From: Octopus sinensis
Taxonomy: Eukaryota
Reading direction: 5' to 3'
DNA length: 64,000 bases
Assembly (NCBI RefSeq): GCF_006345805.1
Contig: NC_042997.1
Span: 198,648,001 to 198,712,000 of the forward strand
The notes under the pieces are model-generated. The model was not told the DNA's origin. It worked only from the letters and a program-made list of their open reading frames with translations, and made no database searches. Shown here piece after piece: positions 25,401 to 37,892 of this stretch (position 1 is the first letter of the stretch; each line of letters opens with the position of its first letter). Both the position numbers and the translations under genes were made by a program.

Positions 25401-27467
25401 TCCAAATACATGCATGCATATATACATACATTATTCGCGCCAAGCAGTGATGAGGAATAAACGAAATTTATATATATATTCAATTACGGATTAAATGTAG
25501 TGCTAGTGTTGTAAAATTATCGACTGTGCAAACGTACTAACTCAGTGTCTTTGTTTTGCATGTTCGCTGGCTCACTGCTGTACAGCGCCTTGGGGTCGAC
25601 TCCATTATAGCACTGGGTGTCAAAACCTGAACGTCGTAGACAGGAGAGATAACTCGCCCTCGATCCCATTCAGGAGTAATGGATACCGATATTTCGCCAT
25701 TTTTGTGGCTTATCAAATTCACGTACCTGAATCGAACCGGGGACGAACTGAATCGCCAGTCTATGACCATATACAAGTAGTGTAAGAACCATTTGCTGGT
25801 GTTGCATGAAGATGTTTACATAAGATTATAAATTATGAATTAAAAGCATCCCTAGTATTGTAAACATTATCGTAAACATATGTGCGTGTATGTGTGTATT
25901 TATTCTATGTATGTATGTGTGTATGTATGTATGTGTGTGTATGTATGTATACATACGCACACAACCAACCACACACGTTCATGTACATATATGCATGCAG
26001 ACACGCACTGATAGGCACATATTTTGCCATCTGAAAATATTATATGAATTTATTTTCTAATAAAATTTCATCAAACGCCTTTATATTTGGCCAGAAGGAA
26101 TAGCAAGCAATATATTTGAAATATAGGCTCTGTCTGAATTGCTTACAAATAAATAATGTTACGCAGCTTAAAATGTCGATTATGAAAGAAATGTCATCTG
26201 AGACTGGTTAATTTGCTTTTCTTAAATGTCACGTCTTAAGTTTTAATAGCGATAGTCATCAGAAATGTTCATGGGTTTGAACAGCTTGGTGAGATGATGT
26301 CTCAGGGAAATAATTTGAAATATTCTGACAATCACCCTTTTGTTTTATTCCGAAGGATAACGAATTGTACATATGTCAGAATAAAATTTTAGCATCTTAG
26401 ATAAACATTATATGTTGTTCAAAGGAGAAAATGAAAGTTCAAGTTTATTCGATCATCTATTGATACAATCGATCCATTATTTCCATCGCACAGTTGTTTG
26501 TTTTCAACGTCTGTTACATGACATATCTTTGTAAACAAGAATTAGTTGGAATAGCAATAACGCATTTATTGTATTCTGCGAATGAAAAGAAAAATTGAAA
26601 TATTTGTATAATAATCACTACTTAACTCAAACGGGTGCACCTGCTCTATTACATGTATAAATACAAAAGAAGATAAATACAGTGAGAAAGAGAGAAATAT
26701 AGCCACATTGATCAAGTATTCTGCAGAGTAAATATACCGCATTGTACACAATATTACACTATATTACTAATTTGATATACATGGTATAAATATGATACAT
26801 GATATGTAAGTCGATGTTGCTTTTAGATTATCCGGAATTACGTTCAGCAGCAAGATAATGTGTGCACAAGAACTATTCAAACTGCGCATGCGCAGGCGTG
26901 TGTGAAAGCCTTAGTTGTACCTGTGTGGCAAGTGATTTGATCTGAGAAGCAAAGCAATTACATTGTCGTAGAGTTGTTATTTAATCCACACATTACATGC
27001 AATAAACCACATCTGGTTTTATTATTGTTGTAAGATACAAGTAATTATCGTTAAACCGTGCTTGTTCTCAGAGACAAAAATAGTTCATCCCCTATTTTTT
27101 GCCATTTATGCCGCTCTGCAAAAACTTCCCCAGAACATTACGTGACAAGTTTCAATCTTGCACCTGAGATGTCTGTCTCGTTGCGTTTAGATTTTCTCTC
27201 TTCTTCAAACTGTAACAACAACAATATCGGAAGTAAATTAACTTTACTTCAACAATCTGCACTCATCAGGCTTCTCGTCTACATACCCGTAGCCTCACCG
27301 ACATAACAACTATTCAGACAATCTGACATGGGTGCAGGCGCGACTGTGTGGTAAGAAACTTGCTTCCCAACCACTTGGTTCCGGGTTCATCACCACATGG
27401 CACATTGGGCAAGTGTCTTCTACTATAGCCTTTGGTCGACCAAAACCTAAGTGGATTTGTTAACGGA

Positions 27468-27520
<53 letters not shown>

Positions 27521-27775
27521 TATATATAATATATATATATATATTAATAAATAAAACATATGCATATATAGTACCTACCTCTACATGTACATATACACGC
27601 ATATATGAGTACAGGACACCAAAAAGACGTCGAACACAATGAGAAACGAAAACATGAACACAAAATAGAGTACAGGACAATTAACACAAGGAAAACAACC
27701 CTTCTTCAGTCGCTATGGTTTCATCTACTCTACGTTTCGAAGGTGAAAATATATATATATATATATGTTAACGAA

Positions 27776-27814
<39 letters not shown>

Positions 27815-27879
27815 GCACATACACCTCTGTCTAGCCAGCCGCCATGATTGGCCGCTAGCTCCAAAAGTTTTTTAGTATT

Positions 27880-27975
27880 CTCTCTCTGTTTATTTCCTCG
27901 TGTTCCTTTCTGTTGAAGAGCGGAGGCTCGAAACGTAAAAAATTTTCTCACCTTCTCGAGCGTTAAACTAATACA
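27880..27975 (+). mobile_element. Penelope-like terminal repeat with mutated minimal hammerhead
   Basis: UUU-CUGUUGA-A-GAGC-GGAG-GCUC-GAAA-CGU-A-AAA at 27907-27940 (core A6 replaced by U). Confidence 0.6.
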
Positions 27976-28813
27976 CACGTGAGAACAAATCTCCTACCTC
28001 ATCTGAAGTGAACGATTACGGGATTACTGTATCTACTAGACACAGCAACCAAATCTCCATCATATTACAAACTACCCTCTTTAAACAAATGATACGCTAG
28101 AAAGTGTAGCCTTGTAAAACCCGAGATGATCGTAGCTGGAATATATTTGATCACAGACCAGCTCGAACAGAGTATCCGATTACTCTGAACGCTAGAAAAC
28201 CTGACAATTGTGCTTCCATTGCAGTTGACTACGTGCTTCCGGGCCATCTGTAAACTTATCCTTTCCTTTAATCCTATGAACCAAAAGAAAAAAAAACGAA
28301 GGTAAAAAGAGAGCCACTTACTGCAATGTGCTTTCTTTTTGCATGTCACTATTGCCCAAGGGTCCCGTGGTCTTTGCCGTTGGCTTTTCTATCCACGGAC
28401 AAACCTAATCTGTTTTCCTTTTTTACATTGACATTTCTGTGATACACGATCCCTATTGATCGGCCTCACCTCTTTTTTTCCTTCTCCCCAAAAAGAAAAG
28501 CTCTACTTTGTATTTTGTCCCTTCTGTGTTCAACCCTGCGTGGCCAATAAAACAATCTATCCTTTCCTTCTCTTTTCCTCAAAGATCTATCCAGCAAACA
28601 AGTAACAGCATGTTCAATCTAACTGCCAAACACTTAAAATATCGAAGAGAAAAAAGGACAATTACTAGCAAAACAACTTCTTCGTGAAAATATTTAATTT
28701 CCCTTCTCAGCAGCCATTAAAAACCGTTTCAATAGTCTCTGTCGTGTGGGTAATGACGTCATTAATTGCTCAATATGTATTTCATGCACAATCAGGCGTT
28801 AATTTTATCTGTC

Positions 28814-29196
28814 TTTTACTTGTTTCAGTCTTTCGACTGCGGTCATGCTGGGGCACCGCCTTGATGAAGTTTTAACCGAATGAATCAACCTCTGTAGTTA
28901 CTTTTAAAACCTTGTACTTGTTCTAACGGTTTCTTTTGTCGAACTGCTAGGTTAAGGGAACGTAAGCACATCAACACCGGTTGTCAAACGGTGAGTGTGA
29001 GAAGCAAACACACACACACACACAACATACATATACAAGAGAGAGAGGGGAAGAGAGAGATATCACAGGCTTCTTTCAGTTTCTGTCAACCGAGTCATCT
29101 TACAAAGCTTTGGTCGGTCCGAGGCTATATTTACAAGGCACCCAAGGTGCCATGCAGTGGGACTGAACCCAGAACACTGCTGTTGCAAATCAAACT
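28814..29196 (-). mobile_element. SINE family A (diverged)
   Basis: Similarity to family A. Confidence 0.75.
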
Positions 29197-29592
29197 TCTT
29201 ATTTCTTTACTGCCCACAAGGCGCTACACAGAGGGGACAAACAAAGACAGACAAACGGATTAAGTCGATTATATCGACCCCAGTGCGTAACTCGCACTTA
29301 TTTAATCGACCCCGAAAGGATGAAAGGCAAAGTCAACCTCGGCAGAATTTGAACTCAGAACGTAGCAGCGACGAAATACCCATTTCTTTACTACCCACAA
29401 GGGGCTAAACACAGAAGGGATAAACAAGGACAGACAAACGGATTAAGTCGATTATATCGACCCCAGTGCGTAACTGGTACTTATTTAATCGACCCCGAAA
29501 GGATAAAAGGCAAAGTCGACGTCGGCGGAATTTGAACTCAGAACGTAGCCGCAGACGAAATACCGCTAAGCATTTCGCCCGGTGTGCTAACG
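29197..29592 (-). mobile_element. SINE family B dimer
   Basis: Junction at 29380/29381, same position as in the other dimers. Confidence 0.85.
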
Positions 29593-30032
29593 TTTCTACC
29601 AGCTCACCGCTATACAGCCACGCCGGCGCTAAAAGGGAACAACCGAAGTAATGTCAAATATAAAGTCATCGGCCTCATTCTTTAATTAATGAAGTCTTAT
29701 TGTTTGATTAATGACAATCGGTCAAAAGCACAAAGGACCAAGTTAGATCATTCATTAACGTGCTTGCTTAATTCATGAACGAATAATAAGCAGTTGGTCC
29801 ACTGGGGGAAGGAAGATAGGTTTGTCTTTGCAGAGGAACAATCAACAAATCATGAGACACCCACACAGGAGACCCACTTCCTTTCACAGTACATGAATAG
29901 CATTGAAGGAGTGTGTTTACATTCTTATTTAACCCACAGTGCGGCTTTATGGCATTTAAATATTGTACATAAAACAGACACTGTATAATGAGACAAATTA
30001 TCGGCAATACAGAAAAGAAAAATCATGCACGT

Positions 30033-30033
<1 letters not shown>

Positions 30034-30077
<44 letters not shown>

Positions 30078-31042
30078 TGTGTGTTGCGTGTGTGTGTGTG
30101 TGAGTGTGTGTGAGTGTGTGTGAGTGTGTGTGAGTGTGTGTGAGAGTGTGTGTGAGAGTGTGTGTGAGAGTGTGTGTGCGAGTGTGTGTGCGAGTGTGTG
30201 TGCGAGTGTGTGTGCGAGTGTGTGTGCGAGTGTGTGTGCGAGTGTGTGTGCGAGTGTGTGTGCGAGTGTGTGTGCGAGTGTGTGTGCGAGTGTGTGTGCG
30301 AGTGTGTTGTGCGAGTGTGTGTGCGAGTGTGTGTGCGAGTGTGTGTGCGCGAGTGTGTGTGCGCGAGTGTGTGTGCGAGCGTGTGTGCGAGTGTGTGCGT
30401 GCGAGTGTGTGTGCGAGTGTGTGTGCGAGTGTGTGTGCGAGTGTGTGTGCGAGTGTGTGTGCGAGTGTGTGTGCGAGTGTGTGTGCGAGTGTGTGTGCGA
30501 GTGTGTGTGCGAGCGTGTGTGCGAGTGTGTGTGCGAGCGTGTGTGCGAGTGTGTGTGCGAGCGTGTGTGCGAGTGTGTGTGCGAGCGTGTTTGCGAGCGT
30601 GTTTGCGAGCGTGTGTGTGAGCGTGTGTGAGAGAGTGTGTGAGAGAGTGTGTGAGAGAGTGTGTGAGAGAGTGTGTGAGAGTGTGTGTGAGAGTGTGTGT
30701 GAGTGTGAGTGTGTGAGTGTGTGTGTGAGAGTGTGTGTGAGTGTGTGAGAGTGTGTGTGAGTGTGTGTGAGTGTGTGTGAGTGTGTGTGAGTGTGTGTGA
30801 GTGTGTGTGAGTGTGTGTGAGTGTGTGTGAGTGTGTGTGAGTGTGTGTGTGAGAGTGTGTGTGTGAGTGTGAGTGTGTGAGAGTGTGTGTGAGTGTGTGT
30901 GAGTGTGTGTGAGTGTGTGTGAATGTGTGAGTGTGTGTGAATGTGTGTGAGTGTGTGAATGTGTGTGAGTGTGTGTGTGCGGGTGTGAGTTGTGTGTGTG
31001 CGGGTGTGAGTTGTGTGTGTATGTGTGTGTGTGTATGTGTGT
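30034..31042. repeat. About 1-kb GT-derived minisatellite (12-mer GAGTGTGTGTGC and 10-mer GAGTGTGTGT domains)
   Basis: Direct reading; gives CASV/HTLA periodic ORFs. Confidence 0.95.
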
Positions 31043-31683
31043 AATGCAGAGACAAAGTTCAGCAAATTCTGAAATTTGATGCCTCGTCTGGAAAAAATAT
31101 AATGTCTTTGAAGTCGCCAACAGTTTACTGACCAATTAACAAAGGCTAAAGTGACTTCAGTCAAGTGACGGAATCGAGATATTCAAAGCTTCTGAAAATA
31201 TCAATAACCGCTGGCAAGATCATTCTATTCCGATTTGATAATACGATCTTCAAAGTAATATTTCAGCGACGTATGTGAAATACGTGAAATGATATTCTTG
31301 ATTTCTCAAACGAAGACAGAAATAACTTTAAAACCATCCTAAAAAAAAAGAAAAACCAAAGACAATCGACAAAGTGACATCCGGTATTGTTTGAGTCTCA
31401 ACTCGTAGACAATTTGCTCGGGGAAATATGAAATAAGAGCAGCTAGTACTAATCCAGAAAAATTGAACGTAGTATTTTTATTTACACCCCCAGTGAAAAT
31501 AAACAATGTTTAATTTGTGAATAGTGAACTAATAAATTGCCCCCAAGACACAAGACATAAGACATTGAGATCGCATAAACATATGCGTACATTCGCACTT
31601 ATATCCCTACGCACGCACGCACACAGACGCACACACACATACACTCGAACACACATGCAACATATACATAGAAACCCGCAATT

Positions 31684-31871
31684 AGGCGTAGGTGGGGCTG
31701 TGCGATAAGAAGCTTGCTTTCCAACCACATCGTTCCGTGTTCAGCCTGACTGTGTGGCGCCTTAAGCAAGTATTTTCTTTTATAATCTGGGGCCGATCAA
31801 AGCCTTGTGAGTGAATTAGGTAGAGAAACTGAAAGATTCCCGTCGCGCGTGTTTGTGTGCACGCGAGTGAG

Positions 31872-31912
<41 letters not shown>

Positions 31913-32110
31913 GCGCGCGCGCGCCTGTCTTTGTGTTTGTTTTGTCCCTCACCACTACTTGGTAACCGGACTTGGTGGGTTTGTATTCCCGTAATTTAGA
32001 AGTTTCGGCAAAAGAATCTGATTGAATAAGTACCTGGCTAAACAAAATGTACTGGACCATTCGACAAAAACGTCTTATAGGCAATGCCCTAGCATGGCCG
32101 CAGTCTCATG
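31684..32110 (+). mobile_element. SINE family A (diverged)
   Basis: Similarity to family A. Confidence 0.75.
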
Positions 32111-32493
32111 ATAAATCACCCAACACGTGCACTCATACATACATACATACATACATATCCAGCACGTAAGTATACTTACAATCATCTATAAACACGCACG
32201 TACTCGCATGAACACGCAAATACATCTCTTTATGCTTATCTATTGACTCCCCTCAAGTCTCTCTTGCCTTTTACTTGTTGACTATACTGTCACAACATTA
32301 TATGATAGCGACAGAGATGGTATTAGTCCCGAGAGGTAATATTTCACTTAAATGTGGTTGTTCTGTTAGAACAAACTTTAGTGCGGTATTTACCATAAGG
32401 AAAAACTCTCATATGAGCTTTTGGTGCTAAAGGCACACTTGTTTGGTTATATCGCAAGCGGGGAGATAACTCCCACCAGCTCCAGTATCAAGA

Positions 32494-32540
32494 CGAACAG
32501 ATCACGTGATTTCGATCTCCTTTGATCTCATCGGTGATGG
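32494..32540 (-). ncRNA. Type I hammerhead motif, core-mutated copy (CCGAUGA)
   Basis: Reverse complement of the right-arm ribozyme with a U4C change. Confidence 0.7.
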
Positions 32541-32673
32541 ATACTCGACCGCTAGAGACAGCTGTGACTCATCTCGCCGCAAGCGTTATATAGAAAATCA
32601 GTGCCAGAACAGGCACTGGTGTCGCGATTAACCACTTAGAGATGAGTCGCTGCTATATCTAGCGGTCGAGTAT

Positions 32674-32720
32674 CCATCACTGATGAGATCAAAGGAGATC
32701 GAAATCACGTGATCTGTTGG
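32674..32720 (+). ncRNA. Type I hammerhead ribozyme motif, canonical core
   Basis: CCAUCA-CUGAUGA-GAUC-AAAGGA-GAUC-GAAA-UCACGUGA-UC-UGUUGG; predicted AUC cleavage after 32714. Confidence 0.85.
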
Positions 32721-32909
32721 TTTTGATGCTGGGGTTGGTGAGAGTTATCTCCCCGCTGGCGATATAACCAAACAAGTGTGCTTTCTCTCATGGCAAATGC
32801 TGTAGTAAAGCTTGTTCCAACACATCATCCACATTTAAGTAGGAAGAAATATTACCTTTCTGACACAATATTTAATCTTACTCCTTGATGTCTAAGTATG
32901 TTTATACAC

Positions 32910-33317
32910 TAGGCGCATGAGTGGCTGTGTGGTAAGTAGCTTGCTAACCAACCACATGGTTCCGGGTTCAGTCCCACTGCGTGACATCTTGGGCAAGTGT
33001 CTTCTGCTATAGCCCCGGGCCGACCAATGCCTTGTGAGTGGATTTGGTAACGGAAACTGAAAGAAGCCTGTCGTATATATGTATATATATATAAGTGTGT
33101 GTGTATGTTTGTGTGTCTGTGTTTGTCCCCCTAGCATTGCTTGACAACCGATGCTGGTGTGTTTACGTCCCCGTCACTTAGCGATTCGGCAAAAGGAACC
33201 GATAGAATAAGTACTGGGCTTACAAAAAATAAGTCCCGGGGTAGATTTGCTCGACTAAAAGCGGTGCTCCAACATGGCCGCAGTCAAATGACTGAAACAA
33301 GTAAAAGAGTAAAAGAG
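32910..33317 (+). mobile_element. SINE family A
   Basis: Near-consensus copy. Confidence 0.9.
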
Positions 33318-33967
33318 TATGTACCTTTTGGGCTGCAACTGGCGGCTTCAGGTTTGCATATACACACACACACACACACACCCAATTTAGGTACATCCTG
33401 GTGTATTTCGGGTGTCTTTCGTCACATACGATCGGTTATGAAATCTCCAAAACGAACAGCAGACAGAGAGTTCTTAATACATGACGATATCCTTCCTGAA
33501 TGTGATGATAAATTGATACTGGATCTGCTTCTATCTTCCGGCAAAGCACTGATTATACTATGGCTGCTCTTTGAAAGTCTTAACAGAAATATGGTTTAGT
33601 TATGCATTACGTATCCAAGCAAGCTGAGTTGATACCTTTGTAATGCAGATTCAGTGTTACTGTTGGTTTGACCGAGAAATTTCCTATGGAATCTTTTCAT
33701 GTCAGGGAACTGACAGGGTCTATAAAGACACTAGTTAATAAAAATTTAGTAGGTTTTGATGTGGAGTGAGGTGAGGTGAGGAATCTACGTGTTCCAGATT
33801 GTGTACACATATATAGGGTTTGAAAATACAGACCACTCGCAAACTGAAACAAAATGGAATGGAAAGCAAAGTCCACCTCGGCAGAATTTGAACTCAGAAC
33901 GTAATGAGTTGGTAGAAATACCGGTAATGGTTCAGTCAGACGTGCGACCGATTCTGCCGGCTCGTCT

Positions 33968-34409
33968 TTATCTATCTCTATATATACATCTATACATCTA
34001 TCTATCTCTATATATACATCTATACATCTATCTATCTCTATATATACATCTATACATCTATCTATCTCTATATATACATCTATACATCTATCTATCTATC
34101 TACATCTATACATCTATATATATACATCTATCTATCTATCTATATATATACATCTATCTATCTATCTATATATATACATCTATCTATCTATCTATCTATC
34201 TATCTACATCTATCTATCTATCTATCTATCTACATCTATCTATCTATCTATCTATCTACATCTATCTATCTACATCTATCTATCTATCTATCTACATCTA
34301 TCTATCTATCTATCTACATCTATCTATCTATCTATCTACATCTATCTATCTATCTATCTACATCTATACATCTATCTATCTACATCTATCTATCTATCTA
34401 TCTATCTAC

Positions 34410-34467
<58 letters not shown>

Positions 34468-34475
34468 ATATATAT
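33968..34475. repeat. 30-bp higher-order repeat grading into (TCTA)n
   Basis: TATCTATCTCTATATATACATCTATACATC about 4 times, then (TCTA)n with TCTACA variants. Confidence 0.95.
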
Positions 34476-34518
34476 ATCCGCTTATCTATCTGCCTGTCTC
34501 TCTCGCTCTGTATATATA

Positions 34519-34930
34519 TCATCATCATCATCATAATCATCATCATCGTTTAACGTCCGCCTTCCATGCTGGCATGGGCTGGACGGTTTCACTGACGGCT
34601 AGCACGCCAGAAGGTTGTACCAGGCACCAACTTGACGTGGCGAGGTTTCTACACCTGGATGCCCTTCCTGACGCCAACCACTACGAGAGTATAGTGGTTG
34701 CTTTTTATGTGCCACTGACACGGGGACCATTCAGGCGGCTCTGGAAACGCTCTGCCACTCTCGAATGGTGCTTTTTACGTGCCAACGGCACGAATGCTAG
34801 TCAAGCAGTACTGGCATCTACCACAACAATGATTTCACTTCACTCAACAGGTATTCTCAAGCACAGTCCACTGCCTAGTGGTTGAAGGGTACTCTTAAAT
34901 GGGCCGGTTATGCTACATTGGGATAGGCTC
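34519..34930 (-). mobile_element. Non-LTR retroelement 3' end with (GAT)n tail (RTE-like)
   Basis: Minus strand ends GCATGGAAGGCGGACGTTAAACGATGATG; homologous to 3305-3720. Confidence 0.65.
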
Positions 34931-35248
34931 CCATAATTCGGCGAAAAATGAATCAGTTGCAGCGCAGACTTCAACGTGACAGGGTGGGGCTCTCCATCAA
35001 GGTAACGCGTGTTGAGGAAGGTGAGGCTGTAATGCCAGTCCAGAAACCGCTCCACGTGAGTCCAAATACTTGAATGTATGCTGAGAGATTGTCTTAGCCC
35101 GTTTGCATTCGGACGGTTGATTTCCGTAGTTATTATCAGTGTATTTTGGCGATTTAAATATGTTTTGACTGTTATTTCCAGCAGATAGACATACTTAGTA
35201 TGTCCTTTGATTTATTTTATAAATACATACACGCACACACACACACAT

Positions 35249-35296
<48 letters not shown>

Positions 35297-35761
35297 CATA
35301 CAGAGAGAGGAAGGAGGGAGAGAGAGACGGGCGGAAGAACGGACAAACAGACAGACAGACGGGTTTCTTTCAGTTTCCGTCAACCAAATTAACTCACAAG
35401 GCTTTACCACACAGCCACTTCTACGCTTATGTATGTATGTATCACACGCACTGCTAAATGCCTGAGATTATAACAGGTAGATTAAATGCCGAATTGATGT
35501 GTGTTGCAGCTTTCTTTTTACTGAAAAGTTCCTAACCTTTGAGAAGAAAATACCGGAGGATCAGTTAGTTACGATTTTATACAAAAAATTTACCTCTCAG
35601 ATTCACACAGTTATTGCAGCGGCCTTTCAGTTTTTCTAAACCCTATAAAAAAACTCGTAAGGTTGGGCTTCCTACCAGGTGCTCCTCGGTCCCCTTAAAG
35701 CCAAGAACCTTTCAGCACCCACTCTATATGTGTATGTATATATATATATATGTATATATAT

Positions 35762-36261
35762 ATATTAATAGTTATCGCCAAGCTAATATGGCAGTCCAGA
35801 AATATAGGACGAATGCTGCCGTTGATTAGCTCGAAGAGGCCATCGCCTCTAGCTAGCTATGTGACACACGAACAGGGGAGGTCAGCCGCTTCCCCTTGCT
35901 GGTCAGGCATCTGCACACTAGTGTCAGGGTATTTGCCCTTTATCAATGCAGAGCAGCCGACCCCAACAGGCGTCGCTACTGACCGTCTGTTCGAAGGATT
36001 ATTTAGCTAAACTCAGTGGAATAGATCCACTGGTTTTGAAAAATAGAAATATTAATATTTCTAAGTCTTTCTGTTCAAAGGTTATAACGGACACAGGTTC
36101 GTGTGTCACATAGCTACCTAGAGGCGATGGCCTCTTGGAGCTAATCAACGACAGCGATCGTCCTATATTTATGGACTGTCATATTAGCTTGACGATATCT
36201 ATTAATATCCAGTACCGCTACCGTAGTCTCCCTTAGAGAGACTTAGAAATATTAATATTTC

Positions 36262-36264
<3 letters not shown>
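35762..36264. mobile_element. Composite foldback element with two interleaved inverted repeats
   Basis: IR1 35762-35873 / 36097-36208; IR2 (26 bp) 36043-36068 / 36239-36264; flanked by (TA)n. Confidence 0.8.
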
Positions 36265-36304
<40 letters not shown>

Positions 36305-36404
36305 CGGGAAGCTTTATGAAAATAAACAAAAGACGAAGGCAGGTGGAATACAAACAAACAATTGTATTAGTATGGCGCTCAGGAATATAAATAAAACATA
36401 TATA

Positions 36405-36454
<50 letters not shown>

Positions 36455-36899
36455 AATGTATGAATCACGCACACTGCTAAGTACCCGAGGTTATAATAGG
36501 TAGAATAGCAAATTAAGTGAGTCGTCTATCATATGAAGTTTGGGGCTTTCTATTTTAACCAAATTAGCATAGTGCAAAAAATAGCAAATGCAATTTGTTT
36601 TGTTAATCTCCGTTTCTCAATAGAAGCTACCCGCTGGACTAATGAACCTGACATGAACACGGGCTCTTGTTTATGGGAATGAGCAAACAAATTATTTGTT
36701 GATGCGTGATGAGGTCGGCTAAACAGACAGTAATTCATCGAGTGCATGCAGAATGGCGAGAAACCAAACAATAAGATATCTGTTCATTCTTCTCTTGTTA
36801 AAGGGAATCGCGTGTGCTACGAACACACACTCCATCTAATTATTTTCTGTTTAGCAGATATTAGCACGCATCAGCAAATAAGTTGTTGGCTGATTCTTA

Positions 36900-37630
36900 A
36901 CAGGTGTGGCCGTATGGTAAGTTCGCTTCCCAACGCATGGGTCCGGGTTCTGTCCCACTATGTGGCACCTTGGGCAAGTGGCAAGTGTCATCTACTATAG
37001 CTTCATGCCCATCAAAGCCTTGTAGATGAAAAGTATAAGAAGCCCATAGTGTATATATAATAGGCGTAGGAGTGGCTGTGTCGTAAGTAGCTTGCTTACC
37101 AACCACATGGTTCCGGGTTCAGTCCCACTGCGTGGCACCTTGGGCAAGTGTCTTCTACTATAGCCTCGGGCCGACCAAAGCCTTGTGAGTGGATTTGGTA
37201 GACGGAAACTGAAAGAAGCCCGTCGTATATATGTGTATGTGTGTGTTTGTGTGTCTGTGCCCCCCCCCCCCAACATCGCTTGACAAACGATACTGGTATG
37301 TTTACGTCCCGGTAACTTAGCGGTTCGGCAAAAGAGACTGATAGAATAAGTACTAGGCTTACAAAGAATAAGTCCTGGGGGCGATTTGATCGACTGAAGG
37401 TGGTGCTCCAGCATGGCCACAGTCAAATGACTGAAACAAGTAAAAGAGTAAAGAGTGTGTGTGTGTCTGTGTGTGTGTATATGCGTGAGTGTGTGTTTGT
37501 CTTCTACCACCTATTGACAACCGGTGCTTGCTTCTCCGTAACATAGCAGTTCGGCAAATGATACCGATAGAATACACACCAAGCTTAAAAAGTACTAAAT
37601 GCTGGGCTCGACTCGTTCGACTAAAAGTTG
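36900..37630 (+). mobile_element. Cluster of SINE family A pieces (5' fragment, full copy about 37060-37455, 3' fragment)
   Basis: Similarity to family A. Confidence 0.85.
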
Positions 37631-37892
37631 CAGCCTAATGGCTAAAAGAACTAAAGAAAACAAAAGTTAAAAAGGCAGAAAAGATCCAGTGCTATTGTGA
37701 CATTCATCGGTCCAGCGGAGTAGTTTTTTTTACCGAGACACGCACCGAATTCCAAACGTGGCAGCGCCACAAAGTCTACCCGCTTCACCGTTCAATTGTG
37801 CCTGTGTTAAACATCGATCGTTTACGAGGAGGATGTATCTTACGATGACAAAAGGCACAAGTGTTGACACTATGCCAGAACGCATTGTCGTT

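Larger units (their letters stand above)
32433..32781. mobile_element. Foldback element with a hammerhead motif in each arm
   Basis: About 143-bp inverted arms 32433-32575 / 32639-32781; central hairpin CAGTGCC-AGAACA-GGCACTG at 32599-32618. Confidence 0.85.

Noticed and set aside
29925-31164. 370-388 aa His/Thr-rich ORFs and Cys/Val-rich antisense ORFs
   Set aside because: Product of the GT-derived minisatellite
35820-36150. Possible HDV-like or twister ribozyme in the foldback arms
   Set aside because: Could not build the required pseudoknot pairings by eye; would need a descriptor search
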